Part shown: in pieces, positions 54,888 to 64,000 of the stretch
Numbering within the stretch: the first letter of the stretch is position 1
How the letters are laid out: each line of letters opens with the position of its first letter
Made by a program: the position numbers and the translations under genes
Assembly: GCA_036509895.1 (NCBI GenBank)
Contig: DATCEV010000030.1
Span: 27,220 to 91,219 of the forward strand
Direction: 5' to 3'
DNA: 64,000 nt
Origin: Verrucomicrobiia bacterium
GTDB taxonomy: Bacteria > Verrucomicrobiota > Verrucomicrobiia > Limisphaerales > UBA11358
The notes under the pieces: generated by a model
What the model was told of the DNA's origin: nothing
Database searches by the model: none
Seen by the model: only the letters and a program-made list of their open reading frames with translations

Positions 54888-57422
54888 TTATTGCGCTGGA
54901 ACTTTGCCTCTTGCGAACGACATTTCGTCATCGGAATGAATACGATTGCCAGCCGGGTCAACTAAAGTGACAGTGACCAACACGAGCAATTCCTTTTTTT
55001 CCTGTTTCGGAAAATTTTTTACACCGACGGCCTCCGTGTTGAACTTGCCCAGCAACAAAGTTTGCCCGTCATATAATTTGGCGCGCGCGCTTGCTTTCTG
55101 AATACGAACACTGGGAGAAACTGCTGGCAAAGGAACATCTCCGTTAGGCGACTTCACAATTGCCGATGCGTTGGTGTTTTGTGCATAGCCAAAAAATTCG
55201 GTCAACGAAGCCGTTGTTCTCAAATTAATCATATAGCCATCAGGCAAGACTGTTGCGGTTGAATCCAAAACCGGCCCCGTTTCCAAAGGTTGTTCCTGGA
55301 AGCCAATTGAATTCACCTCATTGCTGGAAATACCCGGAACATGGTAATTTTTTTCAAACGATATCCCGCTAATGACTTTTATTTCTTTGGTCGCCCGGAA
55401 TTGAGTCTGTCGCCCGCTGATGGTAACTATTTCGGGTTCCCCCAAAATTTCAACATTGGTCCGGGCTTCCAATGTTCGCATCGCTACCTTCGCATTTTCA
55501 CTGGTCAAAATTCCGATGAGTTGATTGGTGCTGCCAATCATTTTTGTGAATCCATCCAACATTCCTTTCGGCACTTCAAAAAACCGCGCCTTGATGTGGA
55601 TTTGCGGCGCAGCCGAGGAGTTGAGCACGGAAATAGCGCGTTCAATCGTGTCCAAATCTTGTTCGGTTCCGCGCACAAATAATTCGCTCAAACCGTCATT
55701 ATAGAAAACTGACTTGCCCGGCAAATCCAAGTCCACGTTCAATGTGCTGAAAAAACTTCTAGCCATTGTTGAGACATCGTCGGTTTGCAAGCCCGGGATA
55801 TTTCGCAAGGCGGCAGCAAATGTGTTTGCGCCCACTTTGAAATGCCGACTGAAAAGATTCGTCATTATGGGAGTCGAAGCATCTTCAAACCGGATTTGTC
55901 CGAGCCCTTTGACAAATTCATCATAGTTGGCGTCAATTTCCTTTGTTGAATAGCCATTCAGGTTCAACACGACCCGATTCACCAACGCCAGTTGATCTAC
56001 AGAACCTCGCGCCAGCATCATGCCGTTGTCCCGGTAGAAGAAAACCGTTGGCGGAATTTTAACACCCGCCGCCAGCAATTTTTCCTTCAATTCGTTCTGA
56101 CGAATCGGTTGGTTCAACTTGAACGTCATCGCCATCTGATTGGACGATTCGGAAACAGCATTGGAAAGCAGCGTCGAAATGTTGTCCGTCCTGATCCGAT
56201 TGACGCCACGGCCGCTCGTCGTTACCACCTCTGGGGGTTTGGCCAATGTTTCGACTCCGGTGCGCTGTTCCAATATGCTCAACACCGCGCGGAAGTTCGG
56301 ATTGCTTAAGATGCCGGAGACAGTCACTGCGTCAACGTTCGTATTTTGCGCTGGTAAAGTCTGTTTTTCCGTCGGACTTGGCGCTCCGCCCATCGGCACG
56401 GCGATGGCGGTGAACACTGCAATTCCGAAAATTGAAACGAGCGTCAGCCCGGCTTTTTTCGGCGCGCGAAAATTTAATAGCCGCTCGATGCGTTGGCGCA
56501 ACGCGCTGCGCGATTCCAAAATTCCCACCAGACCGAGGCTCGCCAGCGGACGGTTCAGCGCGAGCTTCGCCACTTCCAGTAGCGTCGGCGCGTAAGTCTC
56601 CGCCGCGCCGCGCAACGCCAGCATCACCGCGTCGTCCACCGCTTCCTCGCGCGCGCGCCGGATGCGCGCGTTCGCCAGCCAGACCAGCGGCTGCCACCAG
56701 TAAAAAATCTGGAGCAACGACTGCAAAAAATTCACCCACACGTCGCGCCGCCGCAGATGAATCAATTCATGCAGCAACACCGCGCGCAATTGCTCGTCCG
56801 AGAAATTTTCCACAAGCGATTGCGGAATCAAAATCACCGGACGAAATAATCCGCAAACGGCGGGCGACATCGTGTTCGCCGTCAATTTCACCGGCGGATT
56901 CGATTTTATTCCGGCGAATTGTCGCGCTTCATTTGCCAGAGCCGTCAGGCGTTCGGAGATTTTTGCACATCGAACTTCAGTCGAAACTTTCCACCAACGA
57001 ATCAAAAGCCAGACAAACAGCACACCGCTGACAGAAACGGAAATCACCAATAACCACGCGAAAATTGTAAGCTTTTGTTTTGGCGGCGTGAAAGCCGGCA
57101 AATTTTTCGGAATTTCCGGCAACGATTGTGAATCGTAAGTGACGGTGTAATTTTGGAATCGTGGGTGGTCTTGAATTGTCGCCGGAGTTTTATACAACCA
57201 CCAGACCGGACTGGTTGGCAACGCCAACGTCGGCGGCAAAATCAATTTCAACAGCACGACCAGCCAAAGCGAATAACGAATTGAAGCGCGGATTTTGCGC
57301 CGGAACAGAAAATCCAGCGCGAACAAAATGACGATGAGCAGGCTTGATTGCCAGAACATCGGCCACGCGAAGTTCAAAAAATTTTCACCCCAATGATTCA
57401 AGGTTTCGATGAAAGAATTCAT
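54888..57422 (-). CDS. BlaR1-like M56 peptidase sensor fused to a large periplasmic secretin-N/short-domain-like region
   Basis: N-terminal 4 TM helices plus HELIHLRRRD (HExxH of M56). C-terminal ~480 aa with LEARTNVEILGEPEIVTISGRQTQF, which resembles the secretin short-domain consensus. Follows blaI. Confidence 0.75.
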   Translation of the reverse strand: MNSFIETLNHWGENFLNFAWPMFWQSSLLIVILFALDFLFRRKIRASIRYSLWLVVLLKLILPPTLALPTSPVWWLYKTPATIQDHPRFQNYTVTYDSQSLPEIPKNLPAFTPPKQKLTIFAWLLVISVSVSGVLFVWLLIRWWKVSTEVRCAKISERLTALANEARQFAGIKSNPPVKLTANTMSPAVCGLFRPVILIPQSLVENFSDEQLRAVLLHELIHLRRRDVWVNFLQSLLQIFYWWQPLVWLANARIRRAREEAVDDAVMLALRGAAETYAPTLLEVAKLALNRPLASLGLVGILESRSALRQRIERLLNFRAPKKAGLTLVSIFGIAVFTAIAVPMGGAPSPTEKQTLPAQNTNVDAVTVSGILSNPNFRAVLSILEQRTGVETLAKPPEVVTTSGRGVNRIRTDNISTLLSNAVSESSNQMAMTFKLNQPIRQNELKEKLLAAGVKIPPTVFFYRDNGMMLARGSVDQLALVNRVVLNLNGYSTKEIDANYDEFVKGLGQIRFEDASTPIMTNLFSRHFKVGANTFAAALRNIPGLQTDDVSTMARSFFSTLNVDLDLPGKSVFYNDGLSELFVRGTEQDLDTIERAISVLNSSAAPQIHIKARFFEVPKGMLDGFTKMIGSTNQLIGILTSENAKVAMRTLEARTNVEILGEPEIVTISGRQTQFRATKEIKVISGISFEKNYHVPGISSNEVNSIGFQEQPLETGPVLDSTATVLPDGYMINLRTTASLTEFFGYAQNTNASAIVKSPNGDVPLPAVSPSVRIQKASARAKLYDGQTLLLGKFNTEAVGVKNFPKQEKKELLVLVTVTLVDPAGNRIHSDDEMSFARGKVPAQ

Positions 57423-57449
57423 TTGCGCCTTTCTGATTTGAAATGTTGA

Positions 57450-57839
57450 TTATTTCTTCGCGGATTTTTTCCTGGCTTTGATCAAAGATTCCAACTGCGC
57501 CAATTCTTCCGCGTCCAAATCTTTGCTTTCCAAAAGGCATTGCACCATCGGCGTCAGCGCGCCGTTGAAAGCGTGCTTGAGCGCGTAAAAAAGTTCGCCA
57601 TGCTGCGCCTGCGCGCGCGTGACGGCGGACTGGTAAATGGTCAGTTTGCCTTCCTTCTTCGCCTTGAGCACGCCTTTGGCGACCATGCGATCCATCAAGG
57701 TGCGGACAGTCGAATAATGCCAGCCGGTCGGCTTGAAAAGTTTTTCCCGGATGGCGGGCGCGGTGCAGGGTTCGGCTTCCCACACGGCCTTGATGACGGA
57801 CCATTCGGACTCGGTGAGTTCCACGGTTGGCTTGGACAT
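57450..57839 (-). CDS. blaI: BlaI/MecI/CopY family transcriptional repressor
   Basis: LTESEWSVIKAVWE...REKL..TGWHYSTVRTLMDRMVAKGVL winged helix; 129 aa. Confidence 0.9.
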   Translation of the reverse strand: MSKPTVELTESEWSVIKAVWEAEPCTAPAIREKLFKPTGWHYSTVRTLMDRMVAKGVLKAKKEGKLTIYQSAVTRAQAQHGELFYALKHAFNGALTPMVQCLLESKDLDAEELAQLESLIKARKKSAKK

Positions 57840-57852
57840 GCGGCGATATTCT

Positions 57853-57864
57853 CTACAATTGTGG
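57853..57864. promoter_or_regulatory. candidate BlaI operator half (cTACAatTGTGg)
   Basis: TACA-N2-TGTg dyad 14 nt upstream of the blaI ATG. BlaI/MecI operators are built on TACA/TGTA dyads (established for S. aureus). Confidence 0.45.
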
Positions 57865-57883
57865 AGAATGTCAAGCGGATAAT

Positions 57884-57895
57884 TTACAAATGTAG
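57884..57895. promoter_or_regulatory. candidate BlaI operator (tTACAaaTGTAg)
   Basis: Perfect TACA-N2-TGTA dyad, 31 nt centre-to-centre from the first site (about three helical turns). Confidence 0.5.
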
Positions 57896-57953
57896 ATTAA
57901 AAAATTGTCGCGCGAAGAACGCGAAGGCGACGGCTCGCAGAAATCCAAAACGA

Positions 57954-58012
57954 GACACGAATTACACGAATTTTCACAAATTCAATCCGTGTTAATTCGT
58001 GAAATTCGTGTC
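57954..58012. repeat. CACGAAT-unit inverted repeat
   Basis: gacacgaattacacgaattttcac ... gtgttaattcgtgaaattcgtgtc. Same unit family as 63548-63642 and 7625-7640/7805-7826. Confidence 0.7.
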
Positions 58013-58023
58013 AAAGAATAAAA

Positions 58024-58049
58024 AAGGCGCGTTTGATTTCACGCGCCTT
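58024..58049 (-). terminator. intrinsic terminator of the peroxiredoxin gene
   Basis: AAGGCGCG-N10-CGCGCCTT followed on the minus strand by TTTTTT, 20 nt after the stop codon. Confidence 0.8.
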
Positions 58050-58069
58050 GAAAATTTTGTGGCTGAACT

Positions 58070-58549
58070 CTATTTTAATTTTGCCAGCACCGCCTTGACC
58101 GCCTCGAAGTTCGGCAAATCTTTCGGCGTCGGCGTTTGTTCGCTGTATTGCACCACGCCGTTTTTATCAATCACGAACGCCGCGCGCGCCGCCGTGTCGC
58201 CCACGCCCGCGAGCATCGGAAACACCACGTCGTATTTTTTGATGACTTCCTTGTTCAAATCGCTGGCGAGCGTGATGGAAATTTTTTCCTTTTGCGCCCA
58301 TGCTTCCTGCGCGAACGGCGTGTCAATGCTGACCGCGATGACTTCCGCGCCGAGGTTTTTGTAATCGTTCAAGCCGCCGCTGAGGCTGCACAGTTCGTTG
58401 GTGCAAACGCTCGTGAACGCCGCCGGAAAAAACAGCAGCACGGTGTTTTGTTTGCCGAAATTGTTACTCAACTTCACGTCCACCAGACCAGACGCGGTTT
58501 TGGATTTGAGCGTAAAATCGGGAGCTTTAGAGCCAACGGGAATGGGCAT
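58070..58549 (-). CDS. peroxiredoxin (AhpC/TSA-redoxin family)
   Basis: VGSKAPDFTL, LLFFPAAFTSVCTNELC peroxidatic Cys context; 159 aa. Confidence 0.85.
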   Translation of the reverse strand: MPIPVGSKAPDFTLKSKTASGLVDVKLSNNFGKQNTVLLFFPAAFTSVCTNELCSLSGGLNDYKNLGAEVIAVSIDTPFAQEAWAQKEKISITLASDLNKEVIKKYDVVFPMLAGVGDTAARAAFVIDKNGVVQYSEQTPTPKDLPNFEAVKAVLAKLK

Positions 58550-58676
58550 AATATTTTTTTGATTTTGGTTTGTTGTTAAAAATTCGCTGGCGCAATTGTG
58601 AAAATTCGTTTCCCCTTTGTCAATTGTTTGGCCAAAATGAATTGCGGATGCAATCTTTTCACGAATCTAATCCTTT

Positions 58677-59357
58677 ATGGCAAACAGCGTAACTGCTGCT
58701 CCCGTTTCCAACGCGCGGGATGAAGTGATTTTGCTGCATGGCCTGTGTCATACGAGCCGTTCGATGGCGAAAATTGAAGGTGCGCTGGCCGACGCCGGTT
58801 TCAAAACGCGGAACGTGGATTATCCTTCGCGCACTGCCTTGATTCAAAAACTTGCTGACGACGCGATTGGAAAAGCGTTGGCGGATTGCCATCAAAAAGG
58901 CGCCACAAAAATTCATTTTGTCACGCACTCGCTCGGCGGAATTTTGGTGCGCAGTTATCTCGCGCGACGCGCGATTCCAAATCTTGGCCGCGTGGTGATG
59001 CTCGCGCCGCCGAATCAAGGCAGCGAAGTCGTGGACTGGCTGGGTTCGCTCTGGTTCTTCAAAAAACTCAATGGTCCGGCGGGAAATGAATTGGGCACGG
59101 ACAAAAATTCTGTTCCGAACAAACTTGGCGCGGCGAATTTTCCGGTCGGCATCATCGCGGGCGACCGTTCCATCAATTGGATCAACAGCCTGTTATTTAT
59201 TTCGGGCCGCGACGATGGAAAAGTTTCCGTGGAGCGAACCAAACTCGCGGGCATGACCGATCACCTTGTGGTTCACGCCCCTCATCCGCTCATCGTGCGC
59301 CATCGCGAAGCCATCCGGCAGACGATTCAGTTTCTGCGAACAGGCAGTTTCTCGTAG
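58677..59357 (+). CDS. alpha/beta hydrolase (esterase/lipase-like)
   Basis: VILLHGL, nucleophile elbow VTHSLGG, ...DGKVSV..., HP; 226 aa. Confidence 0.75.
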   Translation: MANSVTAAPVSNARDEVILLHGLCHTSRSMAKIEGALADAGFKTRNVDYPSRTALIQKLADDAIGKALADCHQKGATKIHFVTHSLGGILVRSYLARRAIPNLGRVVMLAPPNQGSEVVDWLGSLWFFKKLNGPAGNELGTDKNSVPNKLGAANFPVGIIAGDRSINWINSLLFISGRDDGKVSVERTKLAGMTDHLVVHAPHPLIVRHREAIRQTIQFLRTGSFS

Positions 59358-59421
59358 GAGTCGAGGTAACGAGACTCATTATTTGCCGGTAAATTTAGAG
59401 TCTCCTTACGTCGTCTCCTAC
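59354..59421. repeat. full GTAGGAG palindromic element (two 24-nt arms)
   Basis: GTAGGAGTCGAGGTAACGAGACTC - 20 nt - GAGTCTCCTTACGTCGTCTCCTAC. Begins inside the stop codon of the hydrolase gene. Confidence 0.85.
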
Positions 59422-59431
59422 ATTTTTAGAA

Positions 59432-61088
59432 TCAGCCGCCAACTTTCATCCGCTGCAAACAATGCGTGAGATACGGCAGCAATTGTTTTTTCCGCGAAAC
59501 CACGTCGAGCAATTGAAATACGCCGGGCTGCGGTTCGGGATAATCAATGCGGTCAACGAACTTTTTTCGCTCGCGACGAGCATCAACGATTGCTGCCCGA
59601 CCACGTCCGTGACCATGAGCGCGGAAAAAAGAAAATTTTTTGCGCGCCGGAAATTTTCCAGCGCCGCGAGCAGTTCGTCTTTGCGTTTCCAAAATTGGTT
59701 GAACCCGACTTCCTCGATTTGCGCGACACTGAACCTCTCGCCGTTTTCGCGATACTCTTTGCAATCCGTCGTCACCGCTTGCGGCGCGGTTTGAGCGTGA
59801 GCAGCGAGCCGGACGCGAACAATTGGTCCGTGAATTCGCGCGCGTTGACGCCGGCGATTTTTTCCAGGCGCGCAAGAATTTCCGTGTCGCGCGCGGTGGT
59901 TGTTGGCGAAGTCAAATTCAACGTGTCGGAAACCAGGCCGGCCAAAAGCAAACCGGCAATGGGTTTGGGCAATTCGACATTTTGGCGAAAAAAACAATCC
60001 GCGACAATCGTGCTGGTCGAGCCGACCGGTTCGTTGCGGAACAAAATCGGCTGCGGCGTCGTCAGCGCGCCGAGGCGGTGGTGATCAATGATTTCAATGA
60101 TTTCAACCTCGTCCGCGCCTTGAACGGCCTGCGAAAGTTCGTTGTGATCCACGAGAATCAGTTTGCGCTCGACCGGCTTGAGAAAATCCGTTTTCGATAA
60201 AACGCCGGTGGTGCGGCCATTTTCGTCGGTGACGGGAAACGCGGCGAAACCGGACGAGGCGGCTTCCATTTTCACGGCATTCAAGGAAGCGTCTTCGCGG
60301 AATGAAAGAAATTCTTCGTTCAGCATGTGGCGAATCGCGACCGCCGAGCGGCAAAGCGACGCCGTGGTGGAAGTGTCGTGCGGCGATGAAATAACGCTCA
60401 CGCGATTTTCTTTTGCGACGGCAATTATTTTGGGTTCAATCGCCAGTCCGCCCGTGACGATCAAAAGACGAACGCCGTCGCGAATCGCCGCTTCCTGAAC
60501 ATTGGAACGGTCGCCGACCACCACTGCGAGTTTTTCCGGCTGCAATTTTTTGAGCCGCTGCTGAAACGATTCCAATTTCATCGCGCCGATCATCAGGATC
60601 AATTCTTCCTCGCGTTCCGCTTCGTGGCTGATCAACAATTTTTCGCCGAGGGTTTTTGACAGATTGTTCAGCGACGACAAAACGCGGCGCGAATCAATCA
60701 AACGGTTCGCCGCCGGAAAAAGAAATTTGCTCAACTTGAACAGCGAAAGCAGTCCGCGACATTTTTGCTGCGCGTCGAGCACGGGCAAAATGCGGATGTC
60801 GTGTTCATCCATCAAGCCGAGCGCCTCGGCGGCGGTCGCGTCGGGCGTCACGCTCAAGACGTGCGTTTGCATCACGTCGCGAACCTTGGGCGAAACATCG
60901 GCGACAAATCTTGGCGCGGGAACGCCGAACGTTTTGAGGACAAAATCAATGCGTTCGTTCGTGTCGCCGCAACGCGCGGCCATGGCCTCGGGCATTCCTG
61001 TGCGCCGTTTGAATTCCGCGTAGCCGATGGCCGAACAAATCGCGTCGGTGTCGGGATTGCGATGGCCGATGACAAAAATTTCGCTCAT
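59432..61088 (-). pseudogene. CBS-domain family II (DHH/DHHA2) inorganic pyrophosphatase, interrupted by two -1 frameshifts in the DHHA2 part
   Basis: MSEIFVIGHRNPDTDAICSAIGY (DHH), two CBS repeats, LVDHNE, IIDHHRLG. The C-terminal domain continues in two other frames: track ORF 59446..59997 gives AVTTDCKEYRENGERFSVAQIEEV...ALMVTDVV, and ORF 59432..59875 gives KKFVDRIDYPEPQPGVFQLLDVVSRKKQLLPYL. The true start is at 61088; upstream codons of the track ORF are repeat-derived. Confidence 0.7.
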
Positions 61089-61098
61089 TTTCTTTTTT

Positions 61099-61122
61099 GT
61101 AGGAGCCGAGGTGACGAGGCTC
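61099..61122. repeat. solo arm of the GTAGGAG element
   Basis: GTAGGAGCCGAGGTGACGAGGCTC, 10 nt upstream of the pyrophosphatase ATG. Confidence 0.75.
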
Positions 61123-61170
61123 AAATCAAAACAAAGTAAATCTTGGCGACGTCTTTTCTGAATCTGTGTT

Positions 61171-61782
61171 TCATCTGTGTCCATCTGTGGCTCCGTTTTT
61201 TGTCGGCGAGCTGGCTGGGTGCGCGCCGAGTTGTTTGATGCCATCGAAAACGTAGAGCAAACCGGAAACGCCCGTGCAAATCGCCGCCGCCAGCGCACCG
61301 TAAAAAAAGGCGCGCGCGCCGCCGCCGAAATCCCATTTCAATAAAACCCAAATGACCACGACCATTTGCAGAACGGTGGCGCATTTTCCCAAAAGGCGCG
61401 GATGCACGGTGACTTTGCCGACGGTAAATCGAATGACGCCGACGCCGACGAGAATCAATAGATCGCGCCCGATGATTGTGCCGGTGAGCCAGAGCGGAAT
61501 CTGCCGCAGCCACGGCGCGTTATCAAAGCTTAAGAGCACGACGCCGGAGACGAGCAGCAGTTTATCCGCGAGCGGATCGAGAATTTTTCCCAATTCGCTG
61601 ATTTGATTGTAATGGCGCGCGATGTAGCCGTCCACGCCGTCGCAAATCGCGGCCACGGCGAAGGAAATAATCGCGAGCAGCCGGTGAATTTCATTTCCAG
61701 TTTTGACGTAATACAAAACTTCGACGACAAAAAACGGCGTCAGGAGGATGCGCAGAATCGTGATTTTGTTGGCCGTCGTCAT
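61171..61782 (-). CDS. pgsA: CDP-diacylglycerol--glycerol-3-phosphate 3-phosphatidyltransferase
   Basis: CDP-alcohol phosphatidyltransferase motif DGVDGYIARHYNQISELGKILDPLADK. The last codons and the stop lie in an ATCTGTG-unit repeat. Confidence 0.85.
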   Translation of the reverse strand: MTTANKITILRILLTPFFVVEVLYYVKTGNEIHRLLAIISFAVAAICDGVDGYIARHYNQISELGKILDPLADKLLLVSGVVLLSFDNAPWLRQIPLWLTGTIIGRDLLILVGVGVIRFTVGKVTVHPRLLGKCATVLQMVVVIWVLLKWDFGGGARAFFYGALAAAICTGVSGLLYVFDGIKQLGAHPASSPTKNGATDGHR

Positions 61783-61989
61783 TATTCAATATCTTGGCAC
61801 AATTTATTTGACGGTTCCACCGGCGAATTGCCGACAATTTATTTGCACGATGTTATTGAAAAAAATCGGGCGTTCACGCTGACGCAAGTCCAGCGATGCT
61901 GCGAAACAACACGACCAGCATACATCCGGGAGTTGGCCGAGCGTCGGTTAAATGAACCGTTGCATTACAAGTTCCGCCCTTGAAAGGAA

Positions 61990-62883
61990 CTATTTTTGAA
62001 CCCGGAAAAACATTTTAGAACCGGAAATTGGCGCGGTGAAAGTGATCGCTCCCGCGTTTGACGTAGTCGTCGCCGTGACCGTTTTCCAAGCCGCCAGATT
62101 GGTTGAACTCTGCAATTGAGATTGGAGGGTGGCATTTTGCACCTTCAACACGGCATTATTGTTAGTCAACATGAATGAGTTGATGGAAAAAGGCGCAATA
62201 ACCAGCGAATTGGTGGCCACAATTTGTCCCTTCAAAATCAGGGTTGTGTCATTGGCTGAAAGCAGGCTGAAGACAAATGGCGTATTAAACTGGATCAACA
62301 GTTTTTGGGTTGCGCCATCGTCGCTTAAAGACGCGCCATTGGCCACGGTGTTGGTTGAATTGCCGACCAAAGGGGTGTAACCAGATCCAAAGGGGGTATT
62401 GTAATCAAATTCCGCGCCCGAATAAAGTGCGAATGAAAAAACCAGCGCGCTGGAATCAAAATTGGTTCCTGATAACGCCAAGGACGGGCTGGTCAAATCC
62501 AAAATAATATTCCGCGCCGCGCCATAACCAGTATATATGCCATAGATACTGATTTGCCCACCATAATTGGCCGCCGCACTGCCGTTGACGCCGCCCAGCG
62601 CCGGTTGCCAGGAGCCGTTGGTCGTGGCGGTTATTGCGCTGGAGCCGGTGAACTGAATCGTGGAACCAGAAACCAAAGCTTTAATGCTGCCAGTGTAACT
62701 ATTTGTCAAACTGCCGGAACCTTGCGGCCCCAGAGTAAATCCCGCAATCGTGCCCGACAGCGAAATTTGACTTTGGGAAGTATCAATGGTGAAAGTCTCG
62801 AACGCAGCAGCACGCGCCTGGCCGGCCAAAAGAATAGTCGCAGCGAACGTTAAAACACTGAACGTAAAATGGATTAGTTTCAT
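61990..62883 (-). CDS. secreted Ser/Thr/Gly-rich hypothetical protein
   Basis: Signal peptide ...LLAGQARAAA. Low-complexity beta-rich sequence ending in ...KMFFRVQK. No domain recognised. Confidence 0.5.
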   Translation of the reverse strand: MKLIHFTFSVLTFAATILLAGQARAAAFETFTIDTSQSQISLSGTIAGFTLGPQGSGSLTNSYTGSIKALVSGSTIQFTGSSAITATTNGSWQPALGGVNGSAAANYGGQISIYGIYTGYGAARNIILDLTSPSLALSGTNFDSSALVFSFALYSGAEFDYNTPFGSGYTPLVGNSTNTVANGASLSDDGATQKLLIQFNTPFVFSLLSANDTTLILKGQIVATNSLVIAPFSINSFMLTNNNAVLKVQNATLQSQLQSSTNLAAWKTVTATTTSNAGAITFTAPISGSKMFFRVQK

Positions 62884-63043
62884 AGAGGGTGTGACATTAT
62901 AGATGGATTCTCATTTGTAAAGCTAATTGATTTTTCGCAAAGCGCGAACGTGCAGCCTTCATCGCCAGCATTTTGTTGTAGAAAATTTTGCGACGCATTT
63001 TGCTGCTTGCCAAGCTCGCGATTTCTTCGCTCAATTTCCCCGC

Positions 63044-63541
63044 ATGAAAAATTCTAAAAATCCACTGGTTGGCATTTTAATGGGCAGCGATTCAGATTGG
63101 CCGACAATGAAACTCGCCGCCGATGCGCTGGCGGAATTTGGCGTCGCATCGGAGGCGAAAGTCATTTCCGCGCATCGCGATCCGCACGGGCTGGAAGAAT
63201 ATGTTTCCAGCGCGATCGCACGCGGATTGAAAGTCATCATCTGCGGCGCAGGCGGCGCGGCGCATCTGGCGGGCGTCACGGCGGCGTTCACGACGTTGCC
63301 GGTCATCGGCGTGCCGATTCTGGGAAAATCCACGGACGGTTTGGATTCGCTTTTATCCATGGTGCAAATGCCGCCGGGCGTGCCGGTGGCGACGGTCGCC
63401 ATCAACGGCGGTCGCAACGCGGGAATTCTCGCCGCGCAAATCATCGCGACGGGCGACGCGCGCTTGCAGGAGGAATTGAAAAAATTCAAAGTGCGATTGA
63501 TGGAAGAATCGCGCGCCAAAAATAAAACGCTCGCGCAATGA
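63044..63541 (+). CDS. purE: 5-(carboxyamino)imidazole ribonucleotide mutase
   Basis: [43 protein letters not shown]. Start at MKNSKNP (63044). Confidence 0.9.
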   Translation: MKNSKNPLVGILMGSDSDWPTMKLAADALAEFGVASEAKVISAHRDPHGLEEYVSSAIARGLKVIICGAGGAAHLAGVTAAFTTLPVIGVPILGKSTDGLDSLLSMVQMPPGVPVATVAINGGRNAGILAAQIIATGDARLQEELKKFKVRLMEESRAKNKTLAQ

Positions 63542-63547
63542 TTTTTT

Positions 63548-63642
63548 AACCACGAATGGACACGAATAAACACAAATCAAAAACGGAAATGGGAAACGTA
63601 TTGATTAAAATGATTCGTGTTCATTCGTGTTCATTCGTGGTT
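63548..63642. repeat. CACGAAT-unit inverted repeat between purE and the carbonic anhydrase gene
   Basis: aaccacgaatggacacgaataaacac ... gattcgtgttcattcgtgttcattcgtggtt. Confidence 0.8.
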
Positions 63643-63660
63643 TGAAATTGAATTAAACTC

Positions 63661-64000
63661 ATGGAACAACTCATCGCAGGCGTTCACAAGTTTCAGCGGG
63701 ACCAGTTTGGCAATTACCGCAAACTGTTCCGCAAACTTTCGGAGGAAGGCCAGAATCCGCACACGCTGTTCATCACCTGCTCGGATTCGCGCGTGCTGGC
63801 GGAACTCATCACGCAGAGCAAGCCGGGCGATCTGTTCGTCGTCAAAAACATCGGCAACATCGTTCCGCCCACGAGCGCGACGGGCAGCACCAATTCCACC
63901 GCCGCCGCGATCGAGTTCGCCGTCGAGACCTTGCGCGTGAGCGACATCGTCATCTGCGGCCATTCGCAATGCGGCGCAATGTCGGCGTTGCTCGGCGAAA
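63661..64000 (+). CDS. beta-class carbonic anhydrase (5' part; continues beyond window)
   Basis: Absent from the ORF track (open at the window end). My translation is MEQLIAGVHKFQRDQF...LFITCSDSRV...FVVKNIGNIVPP...IIICGHSQCGAM, which contains the CxDxR and HxxC zinc-ligand motifs. Confidence 0.85.
   Translation, partial: MEQLIAGVHKFQRDQFGNYRKLFRKLSEEGQNPHTLFITCSDSRVLAELITQSKPGDLFVVKNIGNIVPPTSATGSTNSTAAAIEFAVETLRVSDIVICGHSQCGAMSALLGE

Noticed and set aside
61927-61980. tRNA-like D-arm string GGGAGTTGGCCGAGCGTCGGTTAAA in the pgsA upstream region
   Set aside because: No 5-bp anticodon stem with a 7-nt loop, no GGTTCRANYC T-arm and no acceptor complementarity could be drawn.

Overview
Coding-dense chromosomal segment of about 57 protein genes. 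By eye I found no rRNA, tRNA, CRISPR array, transposase or integrase. GC is roughly 55% with several lower-GC patches. The source is probably a PVC-group bacterium (Verrucomicrobiota-like). That is an inference from a planctomycete-type cytochrome c domain and from the short hairpin repeat families that litter the intergenic regions; I could not run any search.

Gene content:
- Housekeeping genes: gltA (partial), cysS, tmk, plsC, cmk, aroA, tyrA, dnaG, grpE, aceE, acnA, pgsA, purE and a partial beta-carbonic anhydrase.
- A 2901-aa cyclic beta-1,2-glucan synthase.
- A lower-GC cluster of general-stress-type small proteins: BON, DUF3185, CBM48, CsbD, lmo0937-like and YqjD/E/K-like, plus an AI-2E permease.
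- A four-gene translationally coupled phosphorelay that includes a sigma-54 enhancer-binding protein.
- A TonB-dependent receptor / YfiR-like / CHASE8-like hybrid kinase triad.
- A YafQ-DinJ toxin-antitoxin pair.
- A BlaI/BlaR1-like pair with TACAnnTGTA operators.

I cannot point to a clear-cut new defence or mobile system. The observations I consider most worth a second look are:
1. Genome-specific hairpin or tandem repeat units are translated in-frame inside essential genes (aroA, dnaG, acnA, a lipoate-ligase-like gene). They also reshape gene termini.
2. A 141-bp element with terminal inverted repeats and three hairpins occurs twice, in opposite orientation.
3. A canonical sigma-54 promoter plus an upstream dyad sits in front of the glucan synthase.
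4. There are compositional mosaic junctions inside aroA and in the 3' end of the glucan synthase gene.
5. A CBS-domain pyrophosphatase gene carries two frameshifts.

All family calls come from motif recognition in the supplied translations. Repeat coordinates were counted by hand (about +/-2 nt).
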